The notes: generated by a model not told the origin, from the sequence alone. A stretch of DNA of 32,000 bases from Deinococcus radiodurans R1 = ATCC 13939 = DSM 20539 (GCF_000008565.1 NC_001263.1:2383347-2415346), one strand, 5' to 3'; counted from the stretch's first letter, positions 1 through 12,897 are shown. Numbers and translations: made by a program.

Positions 1-782
<782 letters not shown>

Positions 783-803
783 GGGATTAGCTCCTAGAGA
801 TAG

Positions 804-1673
804 TCAAATTCTTTGTGTTGTAAGTGCCAATTTCCAAAGCATGCCATTGTCGCCTATAACCAGTTCGCGACAAGCCTCATAATCTGCTCTGGTGAGAACT
901 TCTGTATGTGCTGCACGGTTGCGAAAATCGCGGGTCAGCTTAGTAATCTGAGTGTAGAGTCCATTAATATCACTAATCCAAGATGAACGCGGCCAATCTT
1001 GGAAAAGGTTAAACATTTCTTTTACAACTTGACTAGTTGAGCGACGGCTAATACTGTTCAGCAACGTTTGAAGGAAATGAGCGAATGTTCCCATCTCGGG
1101 TGCTTTACCTTCCCCCGACAAAAATTTAGCTATCCTACCTAGATCTTTATCAGATTTGTCAATGGACAAATTTGTTTCAGAGAGGCGTTTTGAGAGCGGG
1201 TAAAGTATTTTAATAGTTACTTCTGTTTCAAAAGCTTTACACAAGCCAATTATTACTGGCGACCAGTCTAAATCTTCTGGCATGTTCTCTGCTAAATGCT
1301 CAGAAGTAGCTAAAAAACGGAGTGAATTATCAGAAATATGTTGAGCTCTACTGTCTCTAATCTCATATATTTTTTCCAATTCACTGATCTTATTCTTATT
1401 ATAGATCGATAAAAGCAGATCTGCTAACGCTTCTGCCTTTTCACCATCATCTTGATGACCCCTTTTAATTTCCCAGACAGACAGCAAGAATCCGTAACAG
1501 CCATTGCAAAGTGTTTTTTCCCAGTCCCCACGATAAAGAGTTATAAGTTTTGCCTTTTTCTCTTCGCCACAGCGAAAGCACTGAAAAGCGGTGGCGAGAC
1601 TTAAACGATATTGCTGTAGAGGGCCCCGTGTAGGATACGTCTTGACTATCTCTTCAAAACTGGGCTTACGCAT
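804..1673 (-). CDS. Hypothetical zinc-ribbon + HEPN-like protein (289 aa from the SD-preceded ATG; the track ORF extends to 1760) on an AT-rich island
   Basis: Only long ORF in the AT-rich segment, with A/T-rich third positions. GAGGAGAGA precedes the ATG at 1673. Four-Cys ribbon CFRC...CNGC (nt 1497-1580). C-terminal FRNRAAH (nt 906-926) fits the HEPN Rx4-6H motif, preceded by a KAFETEV helix. No named family recognised. Confidence 0.7.
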   Translation of the reverse strand: MRKPSFEEIVKTYPTRGPLQQYRLSLATAFQCFRCGEEKKAKLITLYRGDWEKTLCNGCYGFLLSVWEIKRGHQDDGEKAEALADLLLSIYNKNKISELEKIYEIRDSRAQHISDNSLRFLATSEHLAENMPEDLDWSPVIIGLCKAFETEVTIKILYPLSKRLSETNLSIDKSDKDLGRIAKFLSGEGKAPEMGTFAHFLQTLLNSISRRSTSQVVKEMFNLFQDWPRSSWISDINGLYTQITKLTRDFRNRAAHTEVLTRADYEACRELVIGDNGMLWKLALTTQRI

Positions 1674-1725
1674 TCTCTCCTCGCTTTCGCTCAGCTGGAA
1701 TAAGGAAGGGCTTACATCCAATAAA

Positions 1726-1761
1726 TATGGGCCACAAGCCTTTCTCTGCTTATGGCCCATA
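1726..1761 (-). repeat. Perfect 9-bp inverted repeat TATGGGCCA / TGGCCCATA with an 18-nt loop, between the paaD stop and the island gene; possible terminator or recombination scar
   Basis: Arms at 1726-1734 and 1753-1761 are exact reverse complements. On the minus strand the hairpin is followed by TATTTATTGG. Confidence 0.4.
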
Positions 1762-1771
1762 ACTTATAGCT

Positions 1772-3065
<1,294 letters not shown>

Positions 3066-3069
<4 letters not shown>

Positions 3070-3728
3070 TGCGGTCCCTCGTCGTGGTGCTGCACGGCGG
3101 GCTGGTCGGCCACGTGCGGGTGAACGTCGGTGCGCCCCGGCATCCGCCCCGCGCGCTTGAGTTCGCCCACGTGCGTGCCGATGGTGCCGTAAAACTGCTG
3201 CTGCTTGTAGGTTTTGTCCTTGGCGGGCGCAAACCAGCTTTCCACCGTGCCGGGGTCGGCGTCGGTGGCCGCTTTGGCCGCGTCGGGAAACACCAGCCAC
3301 GCCAGCGCGTCGGCGTGGGCTTTGCGGGCCTGCCGCAGCGCGTCGCCGGGGCCGCTGGCTTCCACCGTGCCCACGAGGTCTACGAAGGTCATGGAGCGCT
3401 TGTGCGACTTCTTCACGCCGACGTGGTAGGTGCCCCCCGCGCCCGGCGTCTGCAACACCTCCGGCGTAGACGCGATTTCCTCGGGCGTGGCGGTCAGGAT
3501 GTCGGCTTCGCGCACCGCCCACAGGCTCACGGCAGCGGGCCGGCGCACGAAGACATTACGGGCGGTCAGCAGCGCGTGCTCGGGGTCGCCCGCGTGGACC
3601 GTGCCCACCGCCTGGTAGGGCCGCTTGTCGGTGTCCTGCTTGAAGACTTCCCAGCGCGGCCATTGGGTGTCCTGGGGCTGGGTGTCGTGCGGTTGGGTGT
3701 CAGGGTGGTTGGATGTTGTTTGGGTCAT
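3066..3728 (-). CDS. paaB: 1,2-phenylacetyl-CoA epoxidase subunit B (PaaB), unusually long (220 aa) with two PaaB-like halves
   Basis: Start MTQTTSNH... with GAGGA upstream. The N half ([46 protein letters not shown]) matches the PaaB core. The C half (YHVGVKK...[21 protein letters not shown]...WLVFP...[18 protein letters not shown]) repeats the pattern and carries the PaaB tail. Confidence 0.85.
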
Positions 3729-3746
3729 GGTTTTTCCTCTGGCGAA

Positions 3747-3860
3747 AAGACCCCTCACCCCTTGCTTCGCAAGGCCCTCTCCCCTTGGTAGAGGGAAAAA
3801 GCGCAGTTTGACCCTCTCCTAGGGGGAGAGGGCCTGCCGCAGGCAGGGGTGAGGGGTCTT
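3747..3860. repeat. MITE-like structured intergenic repeat (Deinococcus small noncoding repeat type) between paaA and paaB
   Basis: Perfect 16-nt terminal inverted repeat, aagacccctcacccct (3747-3762) and aggggtgaggggtctt (3845-3860). Nested internal hairpins (ccctctcc/ggagaggg). A half copy recurs at 24294-24346. Confidence 0.75.
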
Positions 3861-3865
3861 CCAAC

Positions 3866-4843
<978 letters not shown>

Positions 4844-4880
4844 GGGTCAACCTCCAGAATGTGAACTGTCCCCAGTTTAC

Positions 4881-4898
4881 CTAACGAGCGTTCGTTAG
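4881..4898. promoter_or_regulatory. Palindromic operator in the paaA promoter, matching the PaaR (TetR-family) type site
   Basis: ctaacgagcgttcgttag has 7-bp perfect arms, CTAACGA/TCGTTAG. Nt 4881-4894 fit CNAACGNNCGTTNG at every fixed position (Thermus PaaR consensus as I recall it). It abuts a TAAACT -10-like hexamer (complement of 4874-4879). Confidence 0.5.
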
Positions 4899-4933
4899 TT
4901 TGTGATTTGTACAGCACAACGCGGCAACATAAA

Positions 4934-4960
4934 GCCCGCCCCCGAAAATGCAAGGCGGGC
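4934..4960 (-). terminator. Possible rho-independent terminator downstream of luxS
   Basis: gcccgcc (4934-4940) pairs with ggcgggc (4954-4960) around a 13-nt loop. On the minus strand it is followed by TTTATGTT. Confidence 0.35.
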
Positions 4961-4992
4961 CGTGGGCCGTTGGTTGGAGGAACCAGCAGGGT

Positions 4993-5469
4993 TCAGCGTT
5001 CGAGCAGAATGGTTTCCTGAACTTTCAGCCCCTGGTCGAGCACGTCGCGGGCGTGCTGGCGGGCGGCGGCGAGGTCGTGGTCGCGGTAGTTGCCGCATTC
5101 GAGTTCGCTCACGCCGGGAATGGGTTGGTCGTGCCCGGCGGTGTCCTTGAGGGCCGCCTCGAAGGCTTTCATCACGCCCTGCTCGTCGGGTTCACCGATG
5201 ACGGCCATGTACATGCCGGTGCGGCAGCCCATCGGGGACACGTCCACCACGCCCTCGAGGTGGTCGCGCATGTAGCCCGCCAGCAGGTGCTCGAGCGTGT
5301 GAATGGCGGCGGGGTCGATGGCGCCCTGGTTGGGCTGCAAGAAGCGCAGGTCGTACTTGGAGATCTGGTCACCCTTCGGGGTGGTCTTGACCCCGGCGAG
5401 GCGGACATAGGGAGCCTTGACCTTGGTGTGGTCCAGATCGAACGATTCGACGTTTGCCATGTCGGGCAT
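4993..5469 (-). CDS. luxS: S-ribosylhomocysteine lyase LuxS (AI-2 synthesis)
   Basis: 158 aa with the HTLEHL metal-binding motif and MGCRTG. Full-length LuxS; sequence recognised as Deinococcus-like. Confidence 0.97.
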   Translation of the reverse strand: MPDMANVESFDLDHTKVKAPYVRLAGVKTTPKGDQISKYDLRFLQPNQGAIDPAAIHTLEHLLAGYMRDHLEGVVDVSPMGCRTGMYMAVIGEPDEQGVMKAFEAALKDTAGHDQPIPGVSELECGNYRDHDLAAARQHARDVLDQGLKVQETILLER

Positions 5470-5503
5470 TGTGGCCGTTTTCCAGGCAGCAGAACGTGAG
5501 CCG

Positions 5504-5509
5504 TATACT
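5504..5509 (+). promoter_or_regulatory. -10 box TATACT for a leaderless lspA
   Basis: TATACT lies 7 nt upstream of the in-frame GTG at 5517. Confidence 0.45.
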
Positions 5510-5516
5510 GCCCATC

Positions 5517-6044
5517 GTGCCCACCGCCCCGCGCCGTTTTCCCGTCTGGTTTCCCGCCGTGCTGGTTCTGGTGCTGATCGCGCTCGACCAGTGGCTCAAG
5601 GCGTGGGCACTGGCCCACCTACAACTGAATGCCCCAGCCATCCCGGTCATTCCGGGGGTGCTCGACTGGGAACTGACTTTCAACACCGGAGCCGCGTGGA
5701 GCATGTTCAGCGGCAGCGCCGTGCCCCTCGCGCTGGGGCGGATTCTGGTCGGGCTGGGCATCCTGAGCTACCTGCTGTGGAAGCCGCAGGGCCGCTTTCT
5801 GACGGTCGTGCTGAGCATGATCGCCGCCGGGGCCATCGGCAACTCCATCGACGGCTTGCAGCGCGGGCAGGTGACCGACATGATTCACTCGCCGCTGCTG
5901 AGCGCCGTGACCGAGGCGATCAACGGCACCCGCTTTCCCATCTTCAACATCGCCGATATGTGCGTGGTCGGCGGCACCATTTTGCTGCTCGTCGCCAGTC
6001 TGCTGCCGGAGCGCAAACGCGAAAAGGCCGTGCCTGAAGCCTAA
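5517..6044 (+). CDS. lspA: Lipoprotein signal peptidase (signal peptidase II)
   Basis: Track ORF 5454..6044. LspA motifs: [33 protein letters not shown] prefer the GTG at 5517 (leaderless, TATACT 7 nt upstream). The ATG at 5454 would overlap the luxS start, and the GTG at 5496 is also possible. Confidence 0.9.
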   Translation: MPTAPRRFPVWFPAVLVLVLIALDQWLKAWALAHLQLNAPAIPVIPGVLDWELTFNTGAAWSMFSGSAVPLALGRILVGLGILSYLLWKPQGRFLTVVLSMIAAGAIGNSIDGLQRGQVTDMIHSPLLSAVTEAINGTRFPIFNIADMCVVGGTILLLVASLLPERKREKAVPEA

Positions 6045-6062
6045 GCAGTTTCAGACCGAGCT

Positions 6063-6112
6063 AGAAAAGCTCCGCCGGTTGGCCTTTTGTGGCCGCTCGG
6101 CGGAGCTTTTCT
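6063..6112. terminator. Bidirectional terminator hairpin between convergent lspA and the GlsB/YeaQ gene
   Basis: Perfect 14-bp stem, agaaaagctccgcc (6063-6076) and ggcggagcttttct (6099-6112), with a 22-nt loop. Both arms have U-rich ends. Confidence 0.6.
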
Positions 6113-6120
6113 GGAGAGGT

Positions 6121-6390
6121 TCAGCGAAGAATCTTGAGGGCCTTGAGGATGGCGATCAGGATCGCGCTGCCGATGACGCCCCAGACGATGCTCAGGAAGT
6201 TGAAGCCGTTGCCGGCGTTGTACGAGCCGCCGATATGCAGCAGGTCACCGAAGATGAACTGGGCGAGCAGCGCGCCAACGATACCGATGAGAATGTTCGC
6301 CACCGCGCCCTGCTGAGCATCGGTCTTCATGATCATGCTGGCGAGCCAGCCGCAAAGTGCACCAACCAAAATCGTAATGAGCCAACCCAT
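6121..6390 (-). CDS. GlsB/YeaQ/YmgE-family transglycosylase-associated small membrane (stress) protein, 89 aa
   Basis: Internal start [21 protein letters not shown]... of track ORF 6121..6561, with GGAGG 7 nt upstream. Gly-rich three-TM pattern typical of the family. Confidence 0.85.
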   Translation of the reverse strand: MGWLITILVGALCGWLASMIMKTDAQQGAVANILIGIVGALLAQFIFGDLLHIGGSYNAGNGFNFLSIVWGVIGSAILIAILKALKILR

Positions 6391-6788
6391 GATTCCTACC
6401 TCCGTCGAAGTTGAGATGAAGTCCAGAGAAACCCTGTTGCTCACGGCTTTCCCGGCTGTTGTTGTGTAGGCAGGATGGGGCCCGACTCCCCCTGCTAACG
6501 TTCCCCAGGTCACTTTCTCAACGGCGGACAAAGACGGGATGGATGTCCCGCCAATCTTCACTCAGGGTTGGCGCGCATGCTGTCGGGTTTGGTCTCATGT
6601 CTGACGAAAAGCAGAGGAAAAGGCAGACCGATTTGTCTTGGCGTGACGGTCAAAGACAGGGCAAGGGCCGTTAGGATGGAAGCCGGCCCCGCTTGCGGCG
6701 GCGATTGGAGACCCATGCCCGGATTGCCACTGCACGTTGCCCGTTTTGTTTGCCGCCTGCCCTCCCTTCCTAGGCAGCGAGGTAGGTC

Positions 6789-7712
6789 GTGAGCAGCCCC
6801 GCGCGGCCTTTCACCGTCCGTGCCCCGGCGTCGAGCGCCAACCTCGGGCCCGGCTTCGACAGCCTCGGCCTGAGCGTGCCGCTCTACACCACCCTGCGCG
6901 TGACACCGCAGGACAAGGCGGAGGTGGTGCCGCTGGGCACGGAGCTGGCGGACACCCCCGCCGACGAGAGCAACTACGTGTACCGGGCGATGACCCTGGC
7001 GGCGAAACGGGCCGGGCGCACTCTCCCCCCCGCCCGCGTCGAAATCGAAACCGAGGTGCCGCTCGCGCGTGGCCTGGGCAGCTCGGCGGCGGCGCTGGTC
7101 GCGGGCGTGGTGGCGGGCAACGAACTGCTGGGCCGGCCCCTCGACGACGAAACGGTGCTCGACGTGACGGCGCGCGAAGAAGGCCACCCGGACAACGTGG
7201 CCCCGGCGCTGTTCGGCGGGATCGTGGTCGCCACCCTCGACAAGCTCGGCACCCACTATGTGCGGCTCGACCCGCCCGCGCACCTCGGCGTGACGGTGCT
7301 CGTTCCCGACTTCGAGCTGTCCACCTCCAAGGCCCGCGCCGTGCTGCCGCGCGAGTACAGCCGCGCCGACACGGTACACGCGCTCTCGCACGCCGCGCTG
7401 CTCGCCGCCGCCCTCGCGCAGGGGCGCCTCGACCTGCTGCGGCACGCCATGCAGGATTACGTGCATCAGGTCTGGCGGGCGCCGCTGGTGCCGGGGCTGA
7501 GCGACATCCTCGAACACGCCCACGAATACGGGGCTCTGGGTGCGGCTCTCTCCGGCGCGGGGCCGACCGTGCTGTGCTTCCACGACCAGCGCGGCAGCAC
7601 GGCGACGCTGCACCACTACCTGCATGACGTGATGACGAAAAACGGCCTGAGTGGGCGGGTGATGGACTTTCCGATTGACGCGGCGGGCACGGTCGTTGAG
7701 CACGCGAAATAA
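6789..7712 (+). CDS. thrB: Homoserine kinase
   Basis: 307 aa from a GTG start. GHMP kinase motifs ([19 protein letters not shown]). GAGGTAGG upstream. Confidence 0.95.
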   Translation: MSSPARPFTVRAPASSANLGPGFDSLGLSVPLYTTLRVTPQDKAEVVPLGTELADTPADESNYVYRAMTLAAKRAGRTLPPARVEIETEVPLARGLGSSAAALVAGVVAGNELLGRPLDDETVLDVTAREEGHPDNVAPALFGGIVVATLDKLGTHYVRLDPPAHLGVTVLVPDFELSTSKARAVLPREYSRADTVHALSHAALLAAALAQGRLDLLRHAMQDYVHQVWRAPLVPGLSDILEHAHEYGALGAALSGAGPTVLCFHDQRGSTATLHHYLHDVMTKNGLSGRVMDFPIDAAGTVVEHAK

Positions 7713-7714
7713 AA

Positions 7715-7743
7715 AGGAGCGGAAGGCGTCAACCCTCCGCTTC
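7715..7743. terminator. Possible hairpin terminator between convergent thrB and the VWA gene
   Basis: agcgga (7717-7722) pairs with tccgct (7736-7741), extended by 2+2 further pairs with one A-C mismatch. 7-nt loop. Confidence 0.3.
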
Positions 7744-7762
7744 CTGCTCCTGTTCACTGCCC

Positions 7763-8974
<1,212 letters not shown>

Positions 8975-9096
8975 ATCTCTCCTCCCTCGCGTGCCTTCAG
9001 CATGGCGCAGACGAGACGGAGCGTTTGTAATACGGGCTGACGGTCATCCGAAATGGGGCGCCCCAGGGTCCGCCGCCCACCCTGACCGTCAACGGC

Positions 9097-11721
9097 GTGA
9101 CCGTCTCCGACGACACCATCGGCACCAACGTACAAGACGGGGTGCGGGGCGTGCAGCGTCTGACCTACATCGGCGTGCCCCTCAAGGGCGGCACTAACGT
9201 CCTGCGCGTTTTAAACGACGAAATCAGCGTGTCGCTGGTCGGCTCGACGGCCCAGATCGAGGTCAAGCCGCTCGCACTTCAGGCCGACGGCAGCTCGCCG
9301 GTGCGCGTGCAACTGCGGGCGCTCGACGAGTTCGGCAAGCTCACCAGCCAGCCGACCATCACCGTGCGGACCAATCTCGAACCCCGGCTGCCCGACGCCA
9401 ACCCCGGCGAACCCGGTTATCAGGTGCGGCTCACCGAGGGCGTAGGCGTGCTCGAATTGCAGCCGCAGTCCGCGCCCACCAGTCTGAAAGTGGACGTGCT
9501 GCAAGGCGAAAAAGTCAAGACCTACCGCTACGAGGTGACGCCTGACCGCAGCCGCGTGGGCATCGGGGTCCTGAGCGCGACGCTGGGCCTCGACGGCGAC
9601 TTCGAGCTGCAAGACGACGTGACCTGGCAGGCCCGCGGCGCCTACGAAGGCCCGCTCGGCGCCGGCAAACTGTATGTCGCTGCCGACAAGGACGGACTGC
9701 CGACCGACCGCAACACCCTGATCCGCAACACCGTCTATGGCGACGCCAGCACCGAAAGCGTGCCTCTGCAGGGCATCGACCCGGTGGCCTTCAGCTACGA
9801 CCACCCCCAGTTCCGCGCCGAGTACCGCCGCACCAGCCTACCCATCGACGTGCTGCCGGTGGGCGAGAACCTCACGGCGCTGACGGCCTATTCCAAGACC
9901 AACCCGCGCGTCTCGGGATTCGTCGCGCTCGTGCCCGAAGACCGCGTGGTCAACCGGCCCCTGACGCCCGAAGGCACCCGGCTCCTGCGGCTGGGCGACA
10001 CCGGCGTTAGCCTGGGCAGCGAAACCCTGGAACTCGTGACGCTCGAACGCAGCACCGGCAAGGAATTGCAGCGCGAAAAACTGGTCCGCAACGTGGACTA
10101 CGTGCTCGACCCACGCAGCGGCGTCGTGACCTTCAACCGCGCCATCGACCGGCTCGACGCGGAGCTCAACGAGCGGGTGGTGTACGCCAGCTACCGCCTC
10201 GACAACCCGCTCGCCAACCGCCGCACTGCCTACGGCGCCCAGATCAAGACGACCGGCACGAACTCCAGCGTCGGGGTGGCCGCCGTCTACCTCGACGGGC
10301 GCACGACCTACGGCGTCAAGGCGGATTACCAGCGCGGGCCGGTCAAGGCCAGCGGTCTGTTGGCCTACTCCGGCGGCGTGCAGGCGAGCGCCGACCTGAG
10401 TACGGTGCTCGCCCGCAACCACGACCTGAATTTCCGGGTGCGCTACCAGCAGGCCAGCTACGAGGGCCTCGCGCCCTTCGCACCGGGACTGGTGGTCAGT
10501 GGCCGCTACACCGGACGCCTGACACCGCGCCTGAACGCCGTGGCCGACGCCGAATACCGCGACATGCCCTCGCCGCGTGCCAGCGATGTGGAAAACGCCA
10601 ATCACGCCCGGGGCGGCAACGTGACCGCCCGCGCCGTGTATCACCTCGACCCCTTCACGGTGGGCGCCGGGGTGAGCTACGCCTTCGGCGACCGCTCCGG
10701 CCTGGGGCTGGTGGGCAGCGTGGGCTACCAGCGCGAACCGATTTCGGTCGACGTGGTCCACACCCAGCCGATCATCGGCGACCTTGACCCCACCACCGAC
10801 ATCAGCAGCCGGTTTCGCATTCGCAAGGACCTCACCCTGGGCTTCAACGACAAGATCACCTGGGGGGTCGGGCAGGCCGCCGCGCTCACGCTCGACACCA
10901 TGATCGGCAACGTGAACTACGCCGTGGGCTACGAGCTGCCCACCGCCAGCGGCGCCGGCAACCGCGCCCGCTTCGGCGCGACCACCACGCTGCCGCTGAA
11001 TGACCGCACGGCGCTGAATCTGCGCGGCAACGTGCTTTACGACGTGGGGAAAGGCGCGTTCGAGGGGGCGACCGGCGCCGACATCAACTACAAGACCGAC
11101 CGCCTCAGCGCCACCGTCGGCACTGACGTGTCCTACCGGGGCGACACCGGCTTCGGCGTGGTGCTGCGCGGCGGCGTGACCGGCAGTGTGACCGACGAAC
11201 TCACCCTGAACGCGGGCGGCACCGCCGAGTTCGGCCAGGGCCGACGCGGCGAGCGACTGGAGCTGGGGTACGCCTACCGGGGCCGCAGCCTGAGCAGCCT
11301 GGGCTATGGCCGCTACGTGGCCGGCTCGCTCGCGGGGGGGAAGCCGGAACTCAGTTTCGGAGTCAGCGCCGCCTACCGCCTGCCCAACTGGGCCGTGCGC
11401 GGCGGTGTCGAAAGCCGCACCCAGCTCGACGACCGCGACAGCTTCACCCTCCAGGGCTGGCTGGGCAGCAGCTACTACCTGACAGACCGCCTCGCGGTGG
11501 GCGCCTGGGCGCGCGCCCTGACCCAGCCCGCCAGTCAGACCACCCTCTTCGGCTACGGCGTGGAAGGCAGCGTGCGCCCGCTGCCCGGCACCTGGCTGAC
11601 CGCCGGTTACAACTTCAGGGGCTTCGAGGGCTTTCAGAGTTCGTCCACCTATACCCGCCAGGGCCCTTACCTGCGCCTCGACCTGACGCTCGACGAAACG
11701 CTCGGACAGCCGCAGCGCTGA
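9097..11721 (+). CDS. Large beta-rich envelope protein: Ig-like N-terminal modules plus a C-terminal outer-membrane beta-barrel-like region. No signal peptide; the start is uncertain
   Basis: 874-aa ORF from a GTG with strong GC3 bias. The C-terminal ~450 aa show alternating amphipathic strands with Gly/Tyr turns ([40 protein letters not shown]). The frame is open upstream to 9031 without an ATG. Confidence 0.7.
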   Translation: MTVSDDTIGTNVQDGVRGVQRLTYIGVPLKGGTNVLRVLNDEISVSLVGSTAQIEVKPLALQADGSSPVRVQLRALDEFGKLTSQPTITVRTNLEPRLPDANPGEPGYQVRLTEGVGVLELQPQSAPTSLKVDVLQGEKVKTYRYEVTPDRSRVGIGVLSATLGLDGDFELQDDVTWQARGAYEGPLGAGKLYVAADKDGLPTDRNTLIRNTVYGDASTESVPLQGIDPVAFSYDHPQFRAEYRRTSLPIDVLPVGENLTALTAYSKTNPRVSGFVALVPEDRVVNRPLTPEGTRLLRLGDTGVSLGSETLELVTLERSTGKELQREKLVRNVDYVLDPRSGVVTFNRAIDRLDAELNERVVYASYRLDNPLANRRTAYGAQIKTTGTNSSVGVAAVYLDGRTTYGVKADYQRGPVKASGLLAYSGGVQASADLSTVLARNHDLNFRVRYQQASYEGLAPFAPGLVVSGRYTGRLTPRLNAVADAEYRDMPSPRASDVENANHARGGNVTARAVYHLDPFTVGAGVSYAFGDRSGLGLVGSVGYQREPISVDVVHTQPIIGDLDPTTDISSRFRIRKDLTLGFNDKITWGVGQAAALTLDTMIGNVNYAVGYELPTASGAGNRARFGATTTLPLNDRTALNLRGNVLYDVGKGAFEGATGADINYKTDRLSATVGTDVSYRGDTGFGVVLRGGVTGSVTDELTLNAGGTAEFGQGRRGERLELGYAYRGRSLSSLGYGRYVAGSLAGGKPELSFGVSAAYRLPNWAVRGGVESRTQLDDRDSFTLQGWLGSSYYLTDRLAVGAWARALTQPASQTTLFGYGVEGSVRPLPGTWLTAGYNFRGFEGFQSSSTYTRQGPYLRLDLTLDETLGQPQR

Positions 11722-11774
11722 GCTGTTGAACATGTAAGGTCAGGTCGCGCTCCCTTCCGGACCAGTACGCCCGC

Positions 11775-11780
11775 TAGAGT
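11775..11780 (+). promoter_or_regulatory. -10-like TAGAGT upstream of the EamA gene
   Basis: TANNNT hexamer 10 nt upstream of the ATG at 11791. Confidence 0.3.
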
Positions 11781-11790
11781 TCAAGGCTGT

Positions 11791-12705
11791 ATGACGTCTC
11801 ACCTGCGCGGCATTCTGCTTCTGCTTCTGGTCACCGCCATCTGGGGCAGCACCTTCGCGGTGGTCAAGGAGCTCGGCGCCCTACTCGCGCCCCCGGTGCT
11901 GCTCGCCTGGCGCTTTTCCATCGGCGCGCTGGTGCTGCTGCCGCTGGCGGCGCTGAGGCGAACGCCCGCGCCTACAGTGACCGTCACCCAGGCCGACGGC
12001 ACCAGCCTGTGGAGCGACGGCATGGTGCTGGGGCTGTGGCTGATCGCGGGGTACGGCACCCAGACGATTGCCCTGCAAACGACGACCGCCAACCGGGCGG
12101 CCTTTTTCACGGCGCTGAGCGTGGTGCTGGTGCCGGTGTGGCTCACGCTGGTGCAGCGGCGGCGAATGCCCGCCGTGCTGTGGGCTGCGCTGCCGCTGGC
12201 GGTCGCGGGACTGGCGCTGCTCTCGTGGGAGGGCGGCGCCTGGGTCAGCGGCGACGCCTGGGCGCTGGCGTGCGCCGTCACCTACGCCGGATTCATCCTG
12301 GCGCTGGAAAAACTCGCTTCGCGGCACGCGGCGCTGCCGTTCACGCTCGCGCAGGTTCTGTCGGTGGCGCTGGTCGCCTGGGGCTGGGCCCTGCTGAGCG
12401 GCGCACCGCTGTGGCCTCCGCAGGCGGCCTGGGCGCCGCTGTTTTACCTCGGCGTGGTCGCCACCGCCGGCACCACACTGCTGCAAACACTGGGCCAGCG
12501 CCACGTCAGCGCCGCCGAGGCGAGCCTGATCTACGCCCTGGAGCCGGTCAGCGCGGCCCTGTTCAGCTTCGCCCTGATCGGCGAGCGGGTCGGCGCACGC
12601 GGCGCCCTGGGCGGGGCACTCGTCGTTCTTGCCACCGTCCTCAGCAGCCGGGCCGGGGAAACGGAGCCGGTTGCACGTGTCCTCGACAGCTCGCAAGACG
12701 ATTGA
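11791..12705 (+). CDS. EamA/DMT-family transporter (10-TM drug/metabolite exporter)
   Basis: 304 aa, two EamA repeats, N-terminus [18 protein letters not shown] typical of the family. Confidence 0.9.
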   Translation: MTSHLRGILLLLLVTAIWGSTFAVVKELGALLAPPVLLAWRFSIGALVLLPLAALRRTPAPTVTVTQADGTSLWSDGMVLGLWLIAGYGTQTIALQTTTANRAAFFTALSVVLVPVWLTLVQRRRMPAVLWAALPLAVAGLALLSWEGGAWVSGDAWALACAVTYAGFILALEKLASRHAALPFTLAQVLSVALVAWGWALLSGAPLWPPQAAWAPLFYLGVVATAGTTLLQTLGQRHVSAAEASLIYALEPVSAALFSFALIGERVGARGALGGALVVLATVLSSRAGETEPVARVLDSSQDD

Positions 12706-12897
12706 TGGACTTCGTTCAAGACGGACTTTCAGAATCAAGTATGTCAGTGAACGAATATTATTAGAGCTGACGGAAGATGAACGGCGGCGACACTGGATGA
12801 AAGTACGGCGCAGCGAGGCAATATGCCTCCGCCGCTTTCCAAAGAATGAGTTTCCTGGCTACATTTCTCACCGCCAGAACCGACAAGATGGAAGCAC

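Noticed and set aside
6670-6740. Possible cobalamin riboswitch (GCCACTG at 6726-6732, ggaagccgg nearby) upstream of thrB.
   Set aside because: The other conserved blocks (the GGTGNNAATCC-type segment and the B12 box) are not visible. thrB is not an expected B12-regulated gene. The isolated heptamer is likely chance in GC-rich DNA.
9838-11733. 631-aa ORF antisense to the large envelope protein gene. Similar cases: 12943..14829 (-), 29537..31711 (-), 6558..7757 (-), 9211..9804 (-) and 14768..15736 (+).
   Set aside because: In DNA of about two-thirds G+C, stop codons are rare in non-coding frames. These translations are Arg/Gly/Ala/His/Pro-rich low complexity with no motifs. Each lies opposite a gene with clear family signatures and the expected GC3 bias.
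12739-12757. RDRM-like (radiation/desiccation response motif) sequence gtatgtcagtgaacgaata upstream of the amidase gene.
   Set aside because: Only the left half (TATGT) resembles the palindromic motif as I remember it. The right half is offset by one base and is not a mirror image. The downstream gene is not a known member of that regulon.
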